Assembly: GCA_964016885.1 (NCBI GenBank)
Contig: OZ024741.1
Span: 337,466,001 to 337,530,000, forward strand
Source of the DNA: Eledone cirrhosa
Taxonomy: Eukaryota
DNA length: 64,000 bases
Reading direction: 5' to 3'
Part shown: positions 40,343 through 53,728 of the stretch, in pieces
Layout of the letters: each line of letters opens with the position of its first letter
How positions within the stretch are numbered: position 1 is the stretch's first letter
Notes under the pieces: model-generated
What the model saw: only the letters and a program-made list of their open reading frames with translations
What the model was told of the DNA's origin: nothing
Database searches by the model: none
Program-made: the position numbers and the translations under genes

Positions 40343-42788
40343 TTAGAGCATTGGCCTTGCAATCAAAAGGTTGTGAGTTCAATTCTCAGACCGGGTGATG
40401 TGTTGTTTCCTTGAGCAAGATACTTTATTTCACATTGTTCCAGTTTACTCAGCTGTAGAAATGAGATGATAGGACTGGGTTCCCTATCATTCCACTGCAA
40501 AGTGGTTTGGAGGTGCCACGGCAAATAAGCACCCAGCCACACTGTAAAGTGGACGTGGAGGTGCCACAGAAAAAAAAAGCACTCAGCCTACACTGTAAAG
40601 TGGACGTGGAGGTGCCACGGAAAAAAAAAAGAGCACCCAACCCACACTGTAAAGTGGACGTGTAGGCGCCATGGAAAAAAAGCACGCAGCACTCACTGTA
40701 AATGAGGTTGGTGTTAGGAAGGGCATCCAGCTGTAGAAATCAAGCCAGAATCAGTTCCCGTCCCACCCTTGCAAGCAGGGAAAAGCGGACGTAAAATGAT
40801 GATGATGATGATATATATATATACATATGTACATATATACATATGTACATATATATATACATATATATATATATACATATATACATATATACACACACAT
40901 ATATATATATATGTGTGTGTGTGTATATATATGTATATATATATATATGTATATACGTACATATGTATATATATATATGTATATATGTACATATGTATAT
41001 ACTAGCAGCAGTACCCAGCGTTGCCTGGGTAGGTAAAATAATATCTGCTTTGTTGAAAAGGTGTTGATCTTAGCGACTGCTTCTCGATGTCTCATGTATG
41101 GCCACACACAGGCCATGTGGGGGAGGGTGGTGATGACCTCTATCATTGAGAAACGCGGGTGACTGACGAAGGGGCATGCTGGGGGAGGGAGGTAATGACC
41201 TCTAGCACTAAGCCAAATTTCCTCACGCTACTTGATTGGAAACCAATGAATTCTCAAATACACAACTCAAAGCTCAGATGACGTCAGTGGCCATCGTTTT
41301 ACTTTTGACCATCTATAAGAAGTGCAATGATAGGTTCTATCGTAGTATAAAAGTTAAACCAAATAAATTGATTTATATGTGAGGTGGAGCCGAAGTTTCG
41401 AATTTGAATGAAATCGATTGAAAAATGTGGGAGCTACTGATAGGTCGCCGTCCATGAACAAAAAATGCAAAGTGTAAAGCTACTATAAGATGTGCAATGA
41501 TAGGTTCTATCGTAGTATAAAAGTTGAACCAAATAAATTGATTTATGTGTGAGGTGGAGCCGAAGTTTCTAATTTGAACAAAATCGGTTGAAAATTGTGG
41601 GAGCTAGAGCCGAAAAGGTGGAAATTCGAGCAAAAAGGTGGTATTTTCAAATATTTAAGCAGCTGCCACGCTTTTCCTGAACTAAAAATCCAAAATGTAA
41701 AGACACTTTAAGACGTAAAATACTCAGATCTAGCGTAGTATAAAATTTTAACAAAGTAGGTTAAATAATGTGGGAGCTAGAGCCGAAAAAGTGGAAATTT
41801 GAGTCTAAAAGTGGTATTTTTGAATATTTAAGCGGCTGCTATGCCTGAACAACAAATGCAAAATATAAAGCTATTACAGGATGTGCAATGATAAATTCTA
41901 TTTTGCTTTAAAATTTGAACGAAATCGGTGGCAAAATGTGGGAGCTAGAGCCCCAAATCTTATTTTTTGATACCTAAAAAAAGGTGACCCCCACTATCGA
42001 TTTTTATCCGCAGAATGACCCCGGAATAAAAAAAAAACGATATATGGAAAACACTCCCCGATGACTAATCTATGAGCCTGTAAAGTTTCATGAAAATCGG
42101 TCGTAAGATATAGGCCCCTATAGGTAATACACAGACACACAGACACACACACATACTTAATTTTATATATATACAGATATATATATATATAATCATTATA
42201 TATATATAGATAGATAGATATACATATAAGGAGAGAGAGAGAAAGAGAGAGAGAGGGAAAGAGAAAGAGAGAAAGAAATAGATGTTATTGCTTGGAGTGT
42301 AAACAAATATATATATATATCATCATCATCATCATTTTACGTCCGCTTTTCCCTGCTTGCAAGGGTGGGACGGGAACTGATTCTGGCTTGATTTCTACAG
42401 CTGGATGCCCTTCCTAACACCAACCTCATTTACAGTGAGTGCTGCGTGCTTTTTTTCCATGGCGCCTACACGTCCACTTTACAGTGTGGGTTGGGTGCTC
42501 TTTTTTTTTTCCGTGGCACCTCCACGTCCACTTTACAGTGTAGGCTGAGTGCTTTTTTTTTCTGTGGCACCTCCACGTCCACTTTACAGTGTGGCTGGGT
42601 GCTTATTTGCCGTGGCACCTCCAAACCACTTTGCAGTGGAATGATAGGGAACCCAGTCCTATCATCTCATTTCTACAGCTGAGTAAACTGGAACAATGTG
42701 AAATAAAGTATCTTGCTCAAGGAAACAACACATCACCCGGTCTGAGAATTGAACTCACAACCTTTTGATTGCAAGGCCAATGCTCTAA

Positions 42789-42822
<34 letters not shown>

Positions 42823-42846
42823 TTAGAGCATTGGCCTTGCAATCAC

Positions 42847-42881
<35 letters not shown>

Positions 42882-43000
42882 GAAAGAGAGAGAGAAAGAG
42901 AGAGAGAGATGTTATTGCTTGGAGTGTGGACAAATATGTATGCAGTATTTCTGTTTCTTGTATGTTTGATAGTTCTCTAATTTATGTCAATGATGATGAC
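40131..43000. repeat. Large inverted repeat: ~690-bp arms (40131-~40823, ~42308-43000), each containing a SINE
   Basis: Arms are reverse complements (coordinates sum to 83131). The ORF track shows identical peptides on opposite strands. Only one mismatch was noticed by eye. Confidence 0.92.
41002..42177 (-). mobile_element. Non-autonomous Helitron-like element
   Basis: The minus strand begins TC (42177) and ends CTAG (41002) between A and T. Subterminal hairpin tacccag-cgttgc-ctgggta (41012-41031), a short CA/CAGA microsatellite near the 5' end, and internal ~170-bp degenerate tandem repeats. Confidence 0.8.
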
Positions 43001-43002
43001 TG

Positions 43003-43613
43003 ATATGTCAGGTCACCAGTTGGTGCTACTGGTAACATGTATCCCAGTACAACCTGTCTCATGGTCGGGTCGTTGGCGACTAAACTGGCAACCCCACCAA
43101 GGTTTCTTGGTGAGGAGGGTGACTTTGGACATCCTGCAGGACTAAAAACAAAACCTGTCAAAGGGCAAGGGAGCTCTTAAGACTCAATAGCCATCCAAAA
43201 TCACCGGGAGAGATGACCCCTTAGCCTTTGTCAAGGCAGAATTCTAGGAGAAGGAAAACTCTGATATAACACCTGCAACCCTGATGGTATCCAATGATGT
43301 TGACTTGTTCTTCTTTTTGGTAAATATCATCTTGGTTAAGAGAGTGGGACTGGCTTTGTGCAGTGCCTTTGCTCACTATAAAAGCTTCACAGCACAGGCA
43401 TTGCTTTATATCTGGAGATCTCTCTGCACTTGTCATCACATGGTACCATGGGCCCTGCACTATGTGTCAATAATGGTCACAAGTGTAGTCTTTGTACCAG
43501 AGTTTTCAAGTCGCTGGCTGGACTGAAAAGTCACATTCGTTCAGCGCATCGGTAGGGGTTCTCCTACATGGATGTAAAGTAGTGGCCGTACTCGAAAACG
43601 AGTTGGCAGCCAC
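43003..43613 (+). mobile_element. Short non-autonomous RTE-derived element (5'-UTR-like part joined to ORF C-terminus)
   Basis: Ends with CSLCTRVFKSLAGLKSHIRSAHR* (C2H2 finger of the kind found at some RTE C-termini) but has no RT; second copy at 28805-29332. Confidence 0.65.
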
Positions 43614-43632
43614 CATGTATGTATATACATAT

Positions 43633-44095
43633 ATCATCATCATTGTTTACCAACCATTTTCCATGCTTGCATTAGTTAAATGAGTTGTCACACATTATGA
43701 AACAAGTCAGGTCAGGCGACCATGTCTTGCTCATAAGTTCTGTATTTTGGCTTGGTTTCTATGGTTGAATTCCTTTCCTAATGCCAACCATGTCACAGTT
43801 TGGACTAGGTGGTTTTTGTCATGTCACCAGCACAACCACCTTACAAGGTTGACTGAACACTTTTTATCATGTCATCAGCACAACCACCTTACAGGGTGAA
43901 CTAGATATTTTTTGTCATGTCACCTTCATGACCACCTTACAAGGTTGATTGGCTGCTTTTTGTTGTATCACCAACATGACCACCTAACAGAGTGAACTGG
44001 GTGCTTTTTGACTTGTTACCAGCACAACCACCTTACAGAGTGAACTGAGCATTTTATGTTGTGTCCCCACCACAACCTCTATATAGGGTGAATGG
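43633..44095 (-). mobile_element. Old RTE/SINE 3' tail with expanded ~41-bp internal repeat
   Basis: (ATC)n tail and repeated accagcacaaccaccttacag units. Confidence 0.6.
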
Positions 44096-45629
44096 ATGGT
44101 ATCGCCTGTCATGGTTTTGCAAAATGATGTAATTCTGAGTAAAAAGGATAGAGAAAGAATGCTTACTTTAATATTTCATATGTGAGTCACATTAATTGTG
44201 ATAAGAAGAAATTGGTGTGTTGGTGGGATTTACATATAAGAAATATATATTTCAGTTAAGTTTACACAAAACATGTTTTCTTTATTATGTAAAAATGTGT
44301 TGTTAAAATATCACATTTACTCTCAGGTCTTAAATAATCTTCCCCCCTCCCTCGTTTTTTAATTTTTCAGATCCCACCCACATACTACCTCTTAAATTTT
44401 GCTAATTTATCTCCGGTGAAATTTTATTTTAAGTGGAGCATTCCTGCAATAATTAATTTTCTTTAAACATTAAAAAACATTATACATGATAAAAAAAAGA
44501 ACATTACTAGAAATCCCATACATTATAAAATAAATAGGATGGGTTAGGGTCTCAATATGTAAACTAAACGACTAATTCTGGTTTAAAAAAAAACAATCAA
44601 GGAAGACAACCTAGAAAAATTACCGATTTTACAGCTCCCTTGCTTATCACCTCGCTCCACTATTATTTAAGACCTGAGAGTATTTATGAGCACAGTATAA
44701 TGTTATATGTGATATATGCAATATCAAATATTCTACCATCATACCATTATGTTTCTTATCTTAATGTTCTCTTAAATATTAGTTGGATTACTCTGAATGT
44801 GTTTCAATATAATGGAAAAGAGAAAATAGAAAAATAGAAGAAAAAAAAGAAGACCTGATAGTTTAGGCATTGCTTTCCCTATTTGTTCAAATCACAATTT
44901 CAAATGGGATGTCTCCAAATTCTAATAGAGATCAATTCTTTAGTCATAAATATAAATCTTGAATAATATATAATTTGGTTAAAAGACAATAAATAATTTA
45001 TGTGTAGGGTTTTATTTATTTATTTATTTATTATTATTATTTTTTACATAAATATCGAACAACTCAGAGCATGAATAATATTCTCCAATATTGCACTAAA
45101 CTAAACAAAATAAAACAAAAAATGTAAAATAAATGTTCGGATAGGAAACTGCTTATTATCATCATTAAAAGATTTTAAAAAAAGAATGTTGTTTTTCTCT
45201 TCTGACATGGGTTGAAGCAAGTATATGATCACTTCACTTCATCAAACCCAGGCCTTAGTCATTTCCTTCATGCTTGTAGAAAATGGGAAAAGGAAATCAT
45301 AAAGCAAAAAAAAAAAAAATAAGCATTGAACATATTGCATGCTGAGGAAAATGGATGCAAAAACAAAGGAAAATGGATGCAAAAACAATAATAAGGATAA
45401 TAAGATATTTCCTCATGTAAAATTTTATTTTTTTTCTAGCATAAATTTGAGGATTGCTTGTAATGTTTGTTGATAGTAGAGATTGATTACATGAACTAAA
45501 ACTACAGATATCTGATTATACCACGAGAGATAGTTATCTTTTCAATTTAGTTTTAAGTTGTGATTTTTTCATTTTATTTTTTTTTTTTATAAATGCTGCA
45601 TCATTATATTTTTATTATTATGAAAGAAT

Positions 45630-46095
45630 GAAGGGGGTGGATTGTCAGAAGAATTGGTGGAGCGTTGAATAAAATGCTTTGTGATATTTAGTTATAGCCC
45701 TTTATGTTCTCAGTTCAAATCTTACCAATGTTAGCTTTTCTTTTCATCCTTACAGAGTCAATAACATAAAGTACCAGTAATACACTGGTGTCGATTTAAT
45801 CAAATTTCCCCTCCCCTAAAATTGTTGCCCTTGTTCCTAAGTCAGAAACCATAATTATGACATAATCAATGGTGATGGATTAGCAGTATTGGTAGAGCAT
45901 CGGACAACAGACTTTGCAGATATAGTTATGGTCCTTTACATTCTGAGTTCAAATCCCACCTAGGTTAACTTTGCCTTTCATCCTTACAGGGTTGATAAAT
46001 TAAAGTACCAGTCACACACTAGGGTCGATTTAATCAACTTTCTCCTCCCCCAAAATTGCTGGCCTTGTGCCTATATAAGAAACCATTATTATTAT
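45630..46095 (+). mobile_element. Two tandem copies of a third SINE family with (ATT)n tail
   Basis: ttctgagttcaaatc B-box, ctttgcctttcatcc, aaagtaccagt and cttgtgcct blocks. Further copies at ~49835-50025 (-), 52320-52720 (x2), 54118-54295, 59690-59830 and 60085-60290 (-). Confidence 0.75.
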
Positions 46096-46340
46096 TATCA
46101 TTTCTGTGAGGGACCTGGGAGAGTAGAGTTCTCATACACCCCATTCCTAGAGACCTAATGAGAAGCAACTGTCTCCAAATAATCTATCTGGCTGGATCCC
46201 CGAGACCAACTGAGCTTATGACTTATGGATAAATGATGACTAGAAACAAGCATGTGCTATAGTTGTGGCTAGAATATTTTTGATTATAAGTCTGCTTAAC
46301 TAGGCTGGCAAGAACCTAAACAACAACAATAAATACTATA

Positions 46341-46734
46341 CAGTAGAACCTCGGTTCATGAACAAATCGGTTCACAAAACAATTTTTCCAAACATAAAAC
46401 ATCTTGGATTACAAATGGTATCTTGAGTAATGAGCACACAAGCTGGCAACAACATTTGGCAACAAGCTGGTAGTGTTGGCAGGAAAGCATCACTTGCTGT
46501 GTAGTTAGTTACTTTGGTGATATCTATCTGTCTTTTTTACACACAGTCTCTCTCTCTATCTATCTCTATCTCTCTCTCTCTCCCTCTCCCTCCCCCTCTC
46601 TCTCTCTCTCTCTCTCTCTCACTGTATTTCTCTCTCAACATTTCATATGGGGAAAAATAGATTCAGTTTATGAACATTTCGGATGACGAACGGCTTTCAG
46701 GAATGAATTAAATTCGTGAACCAAGGTTCCACTG
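46341..46734. mobile_element. pogo/Tigger-like MITE
   Basis: TA|cagtagaacctcggttca ... tgaaccaaggttccactg|TA TIRs; second copy at ~58814-59146. Confidence 0.8.
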
Positions 46735-47249
46735 TATTTTATATTGACTTAAAGCCTTTTTTTCTAAAAGCCCATTGTTTTCTGTGAAGATTGGTACAAA
46801 TGAAAAGAGGTCAATGAAATTGTTTATTTATAAGAATATTCACAACAACAAAACATTTCTTAAAAGTATTTAGTTCTTTATTTCTTTATGAGATAAATCT
46901 CTCCAGGCTTGCATTGTACACCCCAGCCAACACCCACCCTCCACCACCTTCATTACTTCTTGCAACCATCAATGGTGCAACATTCCAAAAAGAATTACAT
47001 TTAAAGGCAAGTTGAAATGGCCAATAGATTCCTTCTTTTTAAAGAATGGACAAAGAGGTTTACTTGAGTGCATACATAAGATAGCAAGCAAACACCATTA
47101 AGAAATTAAAAAGAATCGAGGAATTGGTTGCTAACAGTTTTGGAGACAACAAACTTCACCGTTTCCTCATTCACTAAAAATCTCCCATTTATTTATCAGA
47201 GGCATGTTCCAAGAAAATTGTTCAAGAATGATAAACAGAAGAGGCTGTT

Positions 47250-47630
47250 GTTTCTTCTTCTTCTTCTTCTTCTTCTTCTTCTTCTCACCATAAACAACAT
47301 CACCACCAAGACCACTCCCAACACCAACACCAACAACACAAACGCCACCATCACCATCACCACCACCACCAACAATAATAACAACAACAACACCCACTGC
47401 CACCAACACCAACAACAACAATAACACCAACAACACCAACAACACCACCACCACCACCAACAGCAACAGCAACACCCACTGCCACCACCACCAACACCAA
47501 CACCACCGACAACAATAACACCAACACTACCACCACCACCACCACCAACAACAACAACACCCACTGCCAGCACCACCACCATCACCAGCATCAACAACAA
47601 CAACGTGACAACCACCACCACCACCACAAA
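47250..47630. repeat. (CTT)n and (AAC/ACC)n trinucleotide tract
   Basis: Simple repeats. Similar tracts at 53688-53795, 56400-57272 and 61020-61580. Confidence 0.9.
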
Positions 47631-48157
47631 TCATGTTATTGACATGGAGGGTTACTTGAAGTGACTTTTTCATGCAATGCCAAAGGTAGTGATGGCACAA
47701 TGAGCCATTACTTAATGAAGGAATAAAATGAAGAAGAAGAAAAGGAGGAAAGGAGAGAAAAGAAATTTTAGATGTCAAATAGAGTTAAAAGTGAATAAAA
47801 GCAGCCATGAAATAGATGAAAATTATCAAGCTGTGCCATTACTGAAATAAGGTTGTTTTAACATCAACACATAAATTATTTGGTTGAAGGGGAGAAAAAT
47901 TAAACTAAGTTCATTCCAGATATTATAGAACAGAATAACCAGGTTCAAACATGCTTTCATGTCTCTCATGGGGAGACGAACAAAAAACAAATTTTCTAAA
48001 AATAATGACTTGTTTAGTAGCTTTCTAGTGATTCATGTTTTATATATAATATTATCAAAAGAAACAGAAGAAAATAAAAAAAAAAACGCTCACGTTTTCA
48101 TGATATGATATAAAATGAGGGAAAAATAGATATGCATTTAAGAGAGAAATACCAACT

Positions 48158-48407
48158 ACCATATATACTTGAATATAAGCCGATGCAATTATAAATCAAC
48201 CCCACTATTTTACACCTGAGAAATGGGCAAAAATACAAATTTTATTTATGTAGAATTTGAAGTTGATGAAAATCATCAGAATATTGACTCCGAATATAAG
48301 CCGATCCCCTTCTATCATCCATTTTTTGGGATACATAGCATGGAAAATAGAAGTTAAATGATTATATATATATATATATTCCTCAGCTTATATTTGAGTA
48401 TATATGT
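48158..48407. mobile_element. Degenerate pogo-like MITE
   Basis: ccatatatacttgaatataagc ... gcttatatttgagtatatatg inverted termini, with an internal repeat of gaatataagccga. Confidence 0.55.
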
Positions 48408-50173
48408 TAATTCTGATATATTAACTTATTTGTAAAGAATCATATTCCCAATCTTATTTTGGTGTTTTTTAAGGGGCTAATTTCATGGGCATTTTTATTT
48501 ATTTATCCTGTTCTAAACTGATGGCTCATTAGGCGGGTGCTTATCCTTAGTTTCTTTGCCATTAAGCGACTGAAAATACAAAACTCTTCCTAGCTAGGAT
48601 GCCAGACTATTGCAGGTTCAACTCCCCAGCTACTATTGGTACTCATCTCAGCTGAGTGTACTGGAACAACATGAAATAAACTTTAAAATATTCAGTAGTT
48701 GGTTAAAACTATTTACCCAACTACTGTTTATATTAAAGTGTTTATATCTATCTAAAAACATTCCCTCATAATTTTGTGTAACAACATTTGTTAAATGATG
48801 TTCAAAACATCAGTTTTTAATAATAAGAAAGTTAGTAAAAAATCCCACAAAATTAATAAATATTTTCATAATTTTATGAAAATATTGGTTCTTTATTAGA
48901 AATATGGTTAATGAAAGTGTTTAAGTATTCATATTTATCTAAAAACGTTCCATCAATTTTATGTAACAACATTTGTTAAGTTATGTACAAAATATTATAA
49001 GACAAAATCCCTTGAAATACATGAATATTTTGAAAATTATTTGAAAATCATAGGCAGTTTTTTTGTTTTTTTTAGAACTATGGTTAACAAAAGGGTTAAA
49101 GTATTCAGATTTGTCTAAAAACTGTCCATCCTAATTTTATGTAAGAGCCTTTGTTCCAAATATCAGCTTTATAATGAGAGGATTAGTTATGTCACAAAAG
49201 TCTTTCCAAATTCTTGATTATTTTTCAGAATTATTTGACACTAGGTAGCATTAGAAATATGGTAATGAAAAAGTTAAAAGTTATTTCAATGACCTGACTA
49301 TGAAATGGATCTCCATCAGTTTCTACAATGAGTGTTCCAGCTGTTTGATCAATGAAATAGCTCACTCATGAAATTATTTTGTAAGTAGATAAGCATCCTA
49401 AAGACACATGTACACATAACAATTAATTCTCAGGGAGATTCAGTGTGAAACAGTGTGTGATGCAGATAGCTCTTTCGAATTACTGGTTGAGACCCTCCAA
49501 TTGGGCTTTTGAGTAGTTTGTCTACTCAATTTCACTCACAAGACATGGGTCAACCTGAGGTTATGATAAATGCCACTTGTTCAAGATGCCATGCAGTGGG
49601 ATTGAACCCAGGATCTAATGATTGTGAAATGAACTCCTTAACCATGACATGACTATGAAATAGTGATTACACAACTGTTTTAACTCTTTATTATATTGTC
49701 ATTTACATTAACATTTTGGTCCCATATCCCAGCCCCTGCAGTTATCAAACCCTGCTGTCCACAATCCCTGCAATCTGCAATCCTTGGTATCTGCACACAT
49801 AAAAAAAACAAAAACAATATATGAACTTGAAAATAATTGTTTCTACTTTTGGCACAAGGCCAGCAATTACCCAGTACATTACTGGTACTTTATTTTATCG
49901 ACCGTAAGGATGAAAGGCAAAGTTAACCTCGACGGGATTTGAATGCAGAATGGAAAGGGCCGTAATTCTATGCGTCAAAGCATTGCGTTCGACCCTCTAC
50001 CGATACTGCCAATCCACCACCCTCGAACTATGAACTTGAAAATAAAGATGGCAATGCATTTCTGAAGAACTTAGGCTACTGTAACTGTTAAACAATTACT
50101 TATTTATACAGAAAGTGGAGGAGATAACAGTAGTAAAACTTGTTGTATATACATATATATATATATATGTACA

Positions 50174-50452
50174 AGGTGGAGGCACGTGGCCAAGTGGTAA
50201 GAGTGTTGGACTTACGATCATAATGTCGTGGGTTCGATTCCTGGGTTGTGTTCTTGAGCAAAACACTTCATTTCACTTTGCTCCAGTATACTCAGCTGAA
50301 AATGAGTATCAGCAATAGCTGGAGGTTTGACCCTGCGATGGACTGGCGTCCTGTCCGGGGGGAGGTCTTGTACTCTCAGTCGCTTCACGCCATGAAACCG
50401 GGATAAGCATCGGCCAAATGAGCCTTCTGGCTTAAGACAGACTTTAGACTTT
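50174..50452 (+). mobile_element. tRNA-derived SINE (family of 18150-18432)
   Basis: TGGCCAAGTGG, GGTTCGATTCC, and a ccctgcgatggactggcgtcctgtcc block. Confidence 0.8.
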
Positions 50453-50465
50453 TTTTTTATATGTA

Positions 50466-50541
50466 CAGGGTGTCCCCAAAAACTGTATACATATTTTAGT
50501 TATCTGCTATTGAAGTGTGTATACATTTTTAGGACACTCTG
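50466..50541. mobile_element. Tiny Tc1/mariner-type MITE
   Basis: TA|cagggtgtccccaaaaactgtatac ... gtatacatttttaggacactctg|TA. Confidence 0.65.
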
Positions 50542-50620
50542 TATATATATATTATATATATATATGCATATATATACATATATATATATGTGAGAAAAAC
50601 CACAGACACTCCATCTCAAC

Positions 50621-50662
50621 TCTACTTTTGAAAAGCAGAAGAACTGCGAAACCGGTAAAGGA
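50621..50662 (+). ncRNA. Putative minimal type I hammerhead, U3-A8 variant
   Basis: ctt TTGAAAA gcag aagaa ctgc GAAA ccgg TA aag. Confidence 0.45.
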
Positions 50663-50791
50663 ACCAAATAAATATATATATTTTTTTAAAAAATAAGACT
50701 CCAGTTGCATTTTCAATTTCATCTTTTTTTCTTTATACTTTCACTCGTGTAGGACACCTCGGTTATTTTTCATTTTGTAAAAAAACCTCAC

Positions 50792-50881
<90 letters not shown>

Positions 50882-53688
50882 TGTTTATATTTAACAATGT
50901 AAGAATTGATGTTGTGTGAATAAAACGTAACAATTTGATTTTTAAAAAATAAACTTCTGACACTACAAATAAAAAGCAGAAGTGATATATTTGATTAAAA
51001 TCTTTGAAAATGGTGTGACTAGAACTTGTAGGTTATGTGACTAAAATCTTTGTAGGTTGTATGCCAGCACTGACACAGACCAGCAGAACTAGATGTAAAC
51101 TTGGGGGGGGGGGGGGGGGGGGGGGCAGTTCAGGTTTGGTGGGTACCTCATATAACAATACACACACAAAAACCCTTGTAGGTGATCTGTCAACATTGAC
51201 ACAGATCAGCAACTGAAACTAGTGAAAGTAAAATGAAAATTATTTATGAAAGTCCTATTTTTATTGCTGAAAAACAAAACCAAACACTATTTTCTAGACG
51301 TTCCATGATGCTTCAAGCAAAATACAAAACCTTCTTTAAAAAAATATTTAATTAGTTTGGTTAATTTTGATTTTGAAATTACTTTGTTTTTGGAAAAATA
51401 TTTGGGGATGTTTGAACATATGGGAAAGGCATGAACACCATACAAACTCATTTCTTTCTCTCTATATATATGGCATTTTGTAAGAAATCAATATTAGATG
51501 AAGCAAAGCCAAGCAACGGTAATTCTGAGCTTCAATTAAATTAGATTATTCGATAATTACTGAACTGATTACAATTAATATTAGTGACTCTTCAATCAAC
51601 AACAATCCCTAGGGTAAAATCTTTACCTGCCCCCATCTTTTTCATTGGTTATCTTTCATGAAACTGATGTCACAAGAGCAGAGTTAATTTCCTGCCTATT
51701 TAGTTGATAATGCTTAACTGAAGCAATGTGGAACATATAAATGGTTTTAAGGATAACTTAATTTGATCAGTTGTCTTAAACATCTCTTAAATATTCAACA
51801 TTATGATATGTGCCACAGGAAAATTTTATCAACTATACAATTTGGCAATTAGTTAGATGAATGGGTCATTACCCATAGCATTTTCTTATAAAAGGTCTTA
51901 ATAGAATTGAATTTGGTAAGCTGTAGGTTGTTATATAACTGCACTTATTTCAATTCAAATAAAATATACACATAACCACAGGATGAATCTACTTTCATAA
52001 GAAGAAGCTGTCTTAATTATATTGTGAGTTAAGTGGTCTTCGTTTTAATTATCACCTGTTCTAATCAGCTCAACACACCACATTGCCAATGAGGAACATC
52101 TACGTGGTTGTTTGATTGCTAGAAATAGTAGCCAAGTTTTCTTCAAACAATATCTTTACTGCATTAGAATAAGGAAATCCAGAGTAGACTATTCCCCAAA
52201 ATAAATTGAGGGTATAAAGGTTTGAATCTCTGCTCAGTCAGAATTAATTTAAGACTAAACAATAATAATCTCACCCTATGGGTCTCATTGGGTACATCCC
52301 TTTGTTATTATTATTATGAAATGGGAGTGAGGTAGTGAATTGACAGAATGTTGAACAAAATGTCTAGCAGTATTTGTTTTGGGCTCATTACATTCTGAGT
52401 TCAAATCCTACTGAGACCTACTTTGTTTTTCAACATTCCAGGGTTGATAAAATAGAAAGCAGTCATGTACTGGAGTTGATATAATAGACTTTCCTCTCCC
52501 CAAAATTGTTGGTCTTCTGTCTTATTTTAGAAACAAAAGGTAGAGGATTGGCAGACTTGTTAGAGCAGTGAATGAAATGCTTTCCTGTAGTAGTTCTGGC
52601 TCTTTTCATTCAGAATTCAAATCTCACTGGGGTGAACTCTGCCTTTCAGCTTTCCAGGATTGATAATATAAAATACCAGTCAAGTACTGGAATAAATTTA
52701 ATTGACTTTCCCCTCCCCAAAATGTTCATATGAAACATCCATTTTTCCACACTAGCATGGGTTAGATGAGTTGTCCCACTCAAGACAAGTCAGGTCAAGT
52801 GACCATGTCTTGCTTAAACAGAACTGTTTCTGGCTTGGTTTCTACAGCTTGATTTCTACAGCTGGATGCCCTTCCTAACACCAGCCACATTTACAGTGTG
52901 AACTGAGTGCTCATTAATACAAATATGAAAAGAGATATGTGTGAACACTTGATCCTTAAACCAACTGCTCAAGCATACTTCTTAACTGTGCAGCCAAACA
53001 TTGAAAGAGATTATCCTAGTGGTCAGTTGATCCTTCAACCAACTGCTCAAATAAACTTCTTAACCACATAGCCATCCCAGCGTCAGAAATATAACACAAT
53101 ATTAAAAGATATATATGTGAACAGTTGTAAACAACAGCGGTGCCTCAGCATGACCTTAGCCAGTTGGCTGGAACATGTAAAAGAGTAAAAGAGAGTTAAT
53201 ACTTCAACTGTGCAACTATCCCCGCATGAGAAACATAACACAAACCTTGAAAGAGATGATCCTTGTGAACAATTAATCCTTCAACCAACTACTCAACAAC
53301 TTCATCACTTTACCAGCTGTAGCCTTCCCAATCACCAAAGGCTATTTGAAATATTTTCAATGAGATACCTTGCAATGATAGATTCAGCAAGATAAAGATG
53401 TTATCTTTAACTTTGAAATAATAATTTCCATACTTTCAGGGAGAGATGTAATTGCAACAACACTAGAATCTGTTTCTACAGACATCGTGTTTAGGTTCTG
53501 CTATGATCTTAGATAATTGATATGTGAGTCTATAAAATGATTGCTCTACCTACTTATGTAGTTCAATGTTAAAATTATATTTACATAAATCTGAAGCATG
53601 ATGCTGAAGAAATATATGCAAACTTTCATGCATATTTAAGAACATAGTTGTACATTGCAAAATATTTTGGTCATTAGTATCATTGTGT

Positions 53689-53728
<40 letters not shown>

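Noticed and set aside
47128-47778. Poly-Thr/Asn/Val/Pro/Gly ORFs (also 56302-57304 and 60962-61580)
   Set aside because: Trinucleotide simple repeats open in several frames, with no domain or splice evidence.
51102-51125. Long G homopolymer as a G-quadruplex element
   Set aside because: Isolated homopolymer with no supporting context; its length is prone to sequencing error.
53425-53520. Candidate downstream protocadherin exon after tactttcag (53439)
   Set aside because: In phase 0 it gives G-E-M-stop, and the longer frame (RDVIATTLESVSTDIVF...) does not match the donor phase. Not supportable without transcripts.
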